Shown piece after piece: positions 37,377-44,322 of a stretch of 44,322 nt of DNA. The first letter of the stretch is position 1, and every line of letters starts with the position of its first letter. A model generated the notes under the pieces. That model was given only the letters and a program-made list of their open reading frames with translations, made no database searches and was not told the DNA's origin. The position numbers and the translations under genes are program-made. Source of the stretch: Thermostichus sp. DRC_bins_24. GTDB lineage: Bacteria; Cyanobacteriota; Cyanobacteriia; Thermostichales; Thermostichaceae. The DNA lies in contig JAUQVK010000016.1 of NCBI GenBank assembly GCA_039794845.1, positions 1 through 44,322 of the forward strand, written 5' to 3'.

Positions 37377-37409
37377 CTATAGTCTCTATAGTCTATAGAG
37401 TCTATAGAC
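37377..37409. repeat. Four CTATAG palindromes in tandem, including GTCTATAGA-G-TCTATAGAC
   Basis: CTATAG at 37377, 37386, 37393 and 37402, between the divergent rpn pseudogene and ruvB. Confidence 0.7.
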
Positions 37410-37511
37410 CCTCACTTTCTGCCGACTTACGCCATCCGTCAAGGTTCAAGTTAAAGTGTGGCAACCGCCTTAGGGAGTGGGACAGCAGCAGGTTGGGTTG
37501 GTGAAAGGACG

Positions 37512-38696
37512 ATGGCAATCATTTCTTCTCAAAGTGCTGGCCAGAATGCAGATGATTCTCCGCGGGGGAAGCAAAAAGTACCTGGCGGAAAAAAAGAGGT
37601 AAAGACCCAACCCCAGGATCTCGTGGGATCCCCCGGTTCCCCCGGTATAGGCCTGGATTTGGCAGCTACCCCCTCAAGAGAGCCCCCGGACGATCTGCTC
37701 AAACCCCAGGCCAACCCTGCTGAAGGGCAAGAAGAATCTCTGCGCCCCCGCACCCTCGGCGAATACATCGGACAAACCGAGCTGAAGGAGGTGCTGGCCA
37801 TCGTCATTGCCGCGGCCCGTTCCCGCCAAGAACCGTTGGATCACATGCTGTTTTATGGCCCCCCCGGCTTGGGCAAAACCACCGTGGCTGCTGCTTTGGC
37901 TGCTGAGATGGGATCCCGGTTTTACATGACCACCGCCCCGGCCCTGGAAAGCCCCCGCGACATTGCCGGGTACCTGGTGCGCCTGAAGCGGGGGGATGTG
38001 CTCTTTATCGACGAAATTCACCGTCTGCCCAAGGTGACCGAAGAGTTACTCTATCCGGCCATGGAGGATTTTCGCCTCGATATCACCATTGGCAAGGGCC
38101 GTTCTGCCCGCATGACCTCTTTGAGCTTGGAGCGCTTCACCTTGGTGGGGGCCACCACCCGCGTGGGTGCCCTTACCTCTCCGCTGCGGGATCGCTTTGG
38201 CCAGGTGCAACGTCTGCGCTTTTACGAGCCTCACGAGTTGGTTCAAATCGTTCTGCGCACGGCCCGCCTCCTCAACACCTCTATCGACGCAGAAGGGGCA
38301 ATGGAGATTGCCCAACGCTCCCGCGGCACACCGCGCATTGCCAATCGCCTGTTCAAACGGGTACGGGACTATGCCCAGGTGCGGGGCGATGGCCACATCA
38401 GCCGGGAGGTCGCTGCCGCCGCCCTGGAACTGTTTCATGTGGATCCGATGGGGTTGGATTGGACGGATCGTAAGTTGTTAACCATGCTGGTGGAGCAGTT
38501 TGGGGGTGGGCCTGTGGGGTTAGATACGATGGCGGCGGTCACGGGTGAGGATCCCCAGACCATTGAGGAGGTGTACGAGCCCTACCTGCTACAAATCGGC
38601 TATTTACAACGCACCGCCCGTGGCCGGGTGATCACCCCGGCAGCGTTGCGGCATCTGGGCTACGAGGCTCAATCTCCCCTACCCTTGTGGAGTTAA
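37512..38696 (+). CDS. ruvB: Holliday junction branch migration helicase RuvB
   Basis: [57 protein letters not shown]-terminal extension; AGGA RBS. Confidence 0.97.
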   Translation: MAIISSQSAGQNADDSPRGKQKVPGGKKEVKTQPQDLVGSPGSPGIGLDLAATPSREPPDDLLKPQANPAEGQEESLRPRTLGEYIGQTELKEVLAIVIAAARSRQEPLDHMLFYGPPGLGKTTVAAALAAEMGSRFYMTTAPALESPRDIAGYLVRLKRGDVLFIDEIHRLPKVTEELLYPAMEDFRLDITIGKGRSARMTSLSLERFTLVGATTRVGALTSPLRDRFGQVQRLRFYEPHELVQIVLRTARLLNTSIDAEGAMEIAQRSRGTPRIANRLFKRVRDYAQVRGDGHISREVAAAALELFHVDPMGLDWTDRKLLTMLVEQFGGGPVGLDTMAAVTGEDPQTIEEVYEPYLLQIGYLQRTARGRVITPAALRHLGYEAQSPLPLWS

Positions 38697-38719
38697 AGCC
38701 CGGGATCCCTCCACTTGAG

Positions 38720-38753
38720 AAAAGCCCCCGAATTCCAGACAGAACTCGGGGGC
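38720..38753 (-). terminator. Intrinsic terminator of apcE (possibly bidirectional)
   Basis: Minus strand GCCCCCGAGTTC-TGTCTG-GAATTCGGGGGC-TTTT, between convergent ruvB and apcE. Confidence 0.8.
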
Positions 38754-38798
38754 GTAGGTGAATGGAAATGGGAATGAACGGAATGAGGGGTTAAGGGC

Positions 38799-41549
<2,751 letters not shown>

Positions 41550-41718
41550 TCATGGAATTGCCAGCTGAGAGGAGGCTCTCCCGCGATTGGGTGAACCCCC
41601 CTCCTTGGGAAGCGTTGATGCCAGATCCCTGAAGGAAGCCAAGCCTAGAATACTAGGGTGTTGTACCCGGCGTGGGAGGGTTGTTGCAGTTTGTAACACT
41701 GTTTCTCATCCACAAGAC

Positions 41719-43899
41719 ATGGATCCTCCGCCCTTTTCCTCCCTGCTCCGTTCCTTCTTGCTTTGGAAGGATTGGCAACAGGGACACTACACCGAAGTTG
41801 CTATCCGCCTGCAAGAACGGATTCAGTCCGGTATTGAGGATGAAGATCTCTACTGGTGTCTGGGATCCGTCTATTGGATTCTCGGTCAGGAACTGGAAGC
41901 CCAGCTCACTTGGCAGGAAGGCGTGTCGCTTGGGGGGGCTGAACCCGAGGCCGCCCGGCGTTTGGCCAAGGTGCTACAGGAGATGGGAGAGGATTTGTGG
42001 GAAAGAGGCCATTGGCCGCAGGCGGCGGCTTTGTATCGGCAGCTTTGGGAGTTGGGGGAGGCTTTCCCCGTCCCGGAGCTTTCTTCTTGGCAGGTTTTGG
42101 CCGCTCACCGCATCGGTTTACTGCAGGGGCGATGTCGGCTTTGGCAGGAGGCGTCCTTTTGGTTTGAGCAGGCTTGTCACCGGGATCCGACAGCAGCGGA
42201 GGTTTTTTTGCAGTGGGGGTTGGCTCTGATCAAGCTGGGCCAACTGAAGGAGGCGATCGAGCCTTTGCAACGGGCGGCACACCTTCAGCCAGATAGGGCT
42301 GAGCCCTGGGTGCAATTGGGGGTGGTGTGGCTGGATTTGCGGGATCCCCAACAGGCGATCGCGTGTTTTCAGGCTGCGGCGGCGCGGGATCCCTTGGCCA
42401 AGGGGCTGTACAGCTATTGGGTGGAGGCACTGATCCGTCTGGAACGACCCGATGCCGCGCTGGAAATGCTGGGGCAGGCGGTGGGGGCAGAACAAGAGTG
42501 GTTAAGGGCTTGGGGGGCCGCCGCTGCGGATCGAGAGCAGGAGATGGATCCTTTGCAGGGCGCTCTGCTCTCGCTACTGAAGCTCGAGTTGACAGGGGCT
42601 GACCCCGGATCCCGCCGCCACGAGCTGTGGTCGGAGATCTACTCGGCTTGGCGACAACGCCTGATCCCTAGCTCCGAAAAAGCCCCCGCTCCTCAGGGAG
42701 ATACCTTATCTCATGGGGAGCAACCGGATCCCTGGCCTGTACCGATTCAAGGTTACCTAACCACCTGGCAGTGGCATCAGGCAACGGGGGAAGGGCTGTA
42801 TCGCCGCTTAGACGCAGCCGACAGCTTGCATTTGCAGTCCCCCCCTTCCTCCGATCCGAGCGTCGTTCAAAAACTACGCCCGCAGCGGATCCCTTTGCCC
42901 GAGACCTTTGTTGTGGAAATTCCCTGGGGATCTGTGCATGTGGGCCATTATCCCCGTGATCTGTACGCCAGCTTTGCCAGTGCCCTGATCACTCGGAAGG
43001 GGGAGTTGCTGACGGATTTGTCCTTGGGGTTACCGCCGCCGGAGTTTCTCGACTGGGACTATGGGTCGGATCACCTGCAACACCATCCCATTTTGGGGTT
43101 GCCCCATTTGCCGCCGCCGCAACCCTTGGAGGGGAAAGTCGCCCTGCTGCCTTTGGGAGCGGTCAATTATTTCCATTGGATGATCGATATTTTGCCCGCC
43201 TTGGATCTGTTGCACCGGGCCGGGGCTCTGAGGGAACACACTCCGATTTTGATCCAGGGGTATCAGGGCAAAGCCTTTCAGGTGCAAACCCTGGCCATGC
43301 TGGGGATCCTACCAGAGCGCATTCTCAGTTTTGAGCAATTGGGAAGCTCCCATGTGCAAGCTCAAACCCTGATCGTTCCTTCCGCAGCTGGGCCGGTAGG
43401 GTGTTTGACGCCTAGAGGGTTGAGGGTTTTGCGGCAGTTGGCCCAGGGCAGCCGGTCAGCCTCAGGGCTGGGATCCCGTCGCATTTACATCAGTCGCAGC
43501 AAGGCCCGATGGCGGCGGGTGGTGAATGAAGCGGAGGTGCTGGCCTGTTTGCAGCCCTTGGGGTTTGTGCCTGTACAAATGGAGACCCTCTCGTTGCCAG
43601 AGCAAATTGCCCTTATGCAGGGAGCGGAAGCGGTGATCGGCATCCATGGGGCAGGACTGACCAATATTGCGTTTTGTCAGCCCCAGACGACGGTGATCGA
43701 GATTTTCCCGAGCAATGCCGTGTTGCCCTATTTTTGGACGATTGCCCAGGTGGCGCAACTGAGATATTTCCCCTTGGTGGCCCCAGTTTGCGATCCAGCC
43801 CTAGTGTCTCTCTTGGCTAGGCCAGATTTGGATCGAGAAGATGCCTGGGTTCGGATCCCGGAGTTGCTGAGTGTGTGGGAGCAGACGGGTTTGGCGTGA
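41719..43899 (+). CDS. TPR-repeat protein fused to a glycosyltransferase family 61 (DUF563) domain
   Basis: Multiple TPRs; NYFHWMIDILP, RIYISRSKARWRRVVNEAEV, IGIHGAGLTNIAF. Confidence 0.88.
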   Translation: MDPPPFSSLLRSFLLWKDWQQGHYTEVAIRLQERIQSGIEDEDLYWCLGSVYWILGQELEAQLTWQEGVSLGGAEPEAARRLAKVLQEMGEDLWERGHWPQAAALYRQLWELGEAFPVPELSSWQVLAAHRIGLLQGRCRLWQEASFWFEQACHRDPTAAEVFLQWGLALIKLGQLKEAIEPLQRAAHLQPDRAEPWVQLGVVWLDLRDPQQAIACFQAAAARDPLAKGLYSYWVEALIRLERPDAALEMLGQAVGAEQEWLRAWGAAAADREQEMDPLQGALLSLLKLELTGADPGSRRHELWSEIYSAWRQRLIPSSEKAPAPQGDTLSHGEQPDPWPVPIQGYLTTWQWHQATGEGLYRRLDAADSLHLQSPPSSDPSVVQKLRPQRIPLPETFVVEIPWGSVHVGHYPRDLYASFASALITRKGELLTDLSLGLPPPEFLDWDYGSDHLQHHPILGLPHLPPPQPLEGKVALLPLGAVNYFHWMIDILPALDLLHRAGALREHTPILIQGYQGKAFQVQTLAMLGILPERILSFEQLGSSHVQAQTLIVPSAAGPVGCLTPRGLRVLRQLAQGSRSASGLGSRRIYISRSKARWRRVVNEAEVLACLQPLGFVPVQMETLSLPEQIALMQGAEAVIGIHGAGLTNIAFCQPQTTVIEIFPSNAVLPYFWTIAQVAQLRYFPLVAPVCDPALVSLLARPDLDREDAWVRIPELLSVWEQTGLA

Positions 43900-44003
43900 A
43901 CGACAACCCTGGCTCAAATCGGTTCCCCGCCGATTATTCTGCTAGCGAATTCTTTTGCCTCTACTGACGTGCTGTATCAAGGCTTACTTTGAAGGAGAGC
44001 CGT

Positions 44004-44322
44004 CTAGGGGACTCCCTCCAGCCAGGAGGTGAGGTCGGCCAAGGTCTCAAACTCTAGCAAAGCTAGGCCCAACTCTTCCAGACGTTCCACCGGCAACGAG
44101 CGAATTTGAGTTTCTAATTCAACAGGCAGGGATCCCACTTTTTGCCTGAGTTGCCGGAGCGTGAGATGAGCGGCTTCTTGTTGGATCCCTTGGGTGAGCC
44201 CTCGTTGCTCACTTTCGGCCACCAATGCCTGATAGGTCACCGACTCCCGCATCACATCCTCCCGCAACAGCTGCCGCATCAGCTCTTTGTTAAAGCGTAA
44301 TCCACCCAGCAGATAGGTGTAA
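44004..44322 (-). CDS. C-terminal part of an Rpn-family protein with DUF4351 domain (5' end outside the window)
   Basis: MRESVTYQ..EQRGLTQGIQQ..LRQLRQKVGSLP..IRSLPVERLEELGLALLEFETLADLTSWL. Confidence 0.8.
   Translation of the reverse strand, partial: YTYLLGGLRFNKELMRQLLREDVMRESVTYQALVAESEQRGLTQGIQQEAAHLTLRQLRQKVGSLPVELETQIRSLPVERLEELGLALLEFETLADLTSWLEGVP

Overview
Chromosomal window from a thermophilic, early-branching unicellular cyanobacterium, most likely Thermostichus/Yellowstone 'Synechococcus' type. This is inferred from the very frequent GGGATCCC palindrome, an unsplit intein-less dnaE, and apcE. Most genes are housekeeping: nrdR, FeS-type photolyase, selD, dnaE, pcrA, sdhB, cysQ, hisF, rpsP-khpA-Get3d, ruvB, apcE and scattered ABC subunits. 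Three things stand out. (1) A candidate sulfide-oxidation module at 10411-18829: a divergent CbbR/CmpR-type LysR, RND pump, Tll0287-like c-type heme protein, second Rieske petC, type I SQR and RND adaptor. (2) Two IS200/IS605 TnpB right ends. One abuts a multi-copy TA-flanked MITE-like element, so its predicted omegaRNA guide matches another copy of that element perfectly. The other lies 30 nt upstream of selD. (3) A structured MITE-like repeat family with covarying hairpins, a second repeat family, a frameshifted Rpn pseudogene, and a partial Rpn/DUF4351 gene with an internal RBS+ATG. Protein family calls come from motif recognition only; no database searches were run.
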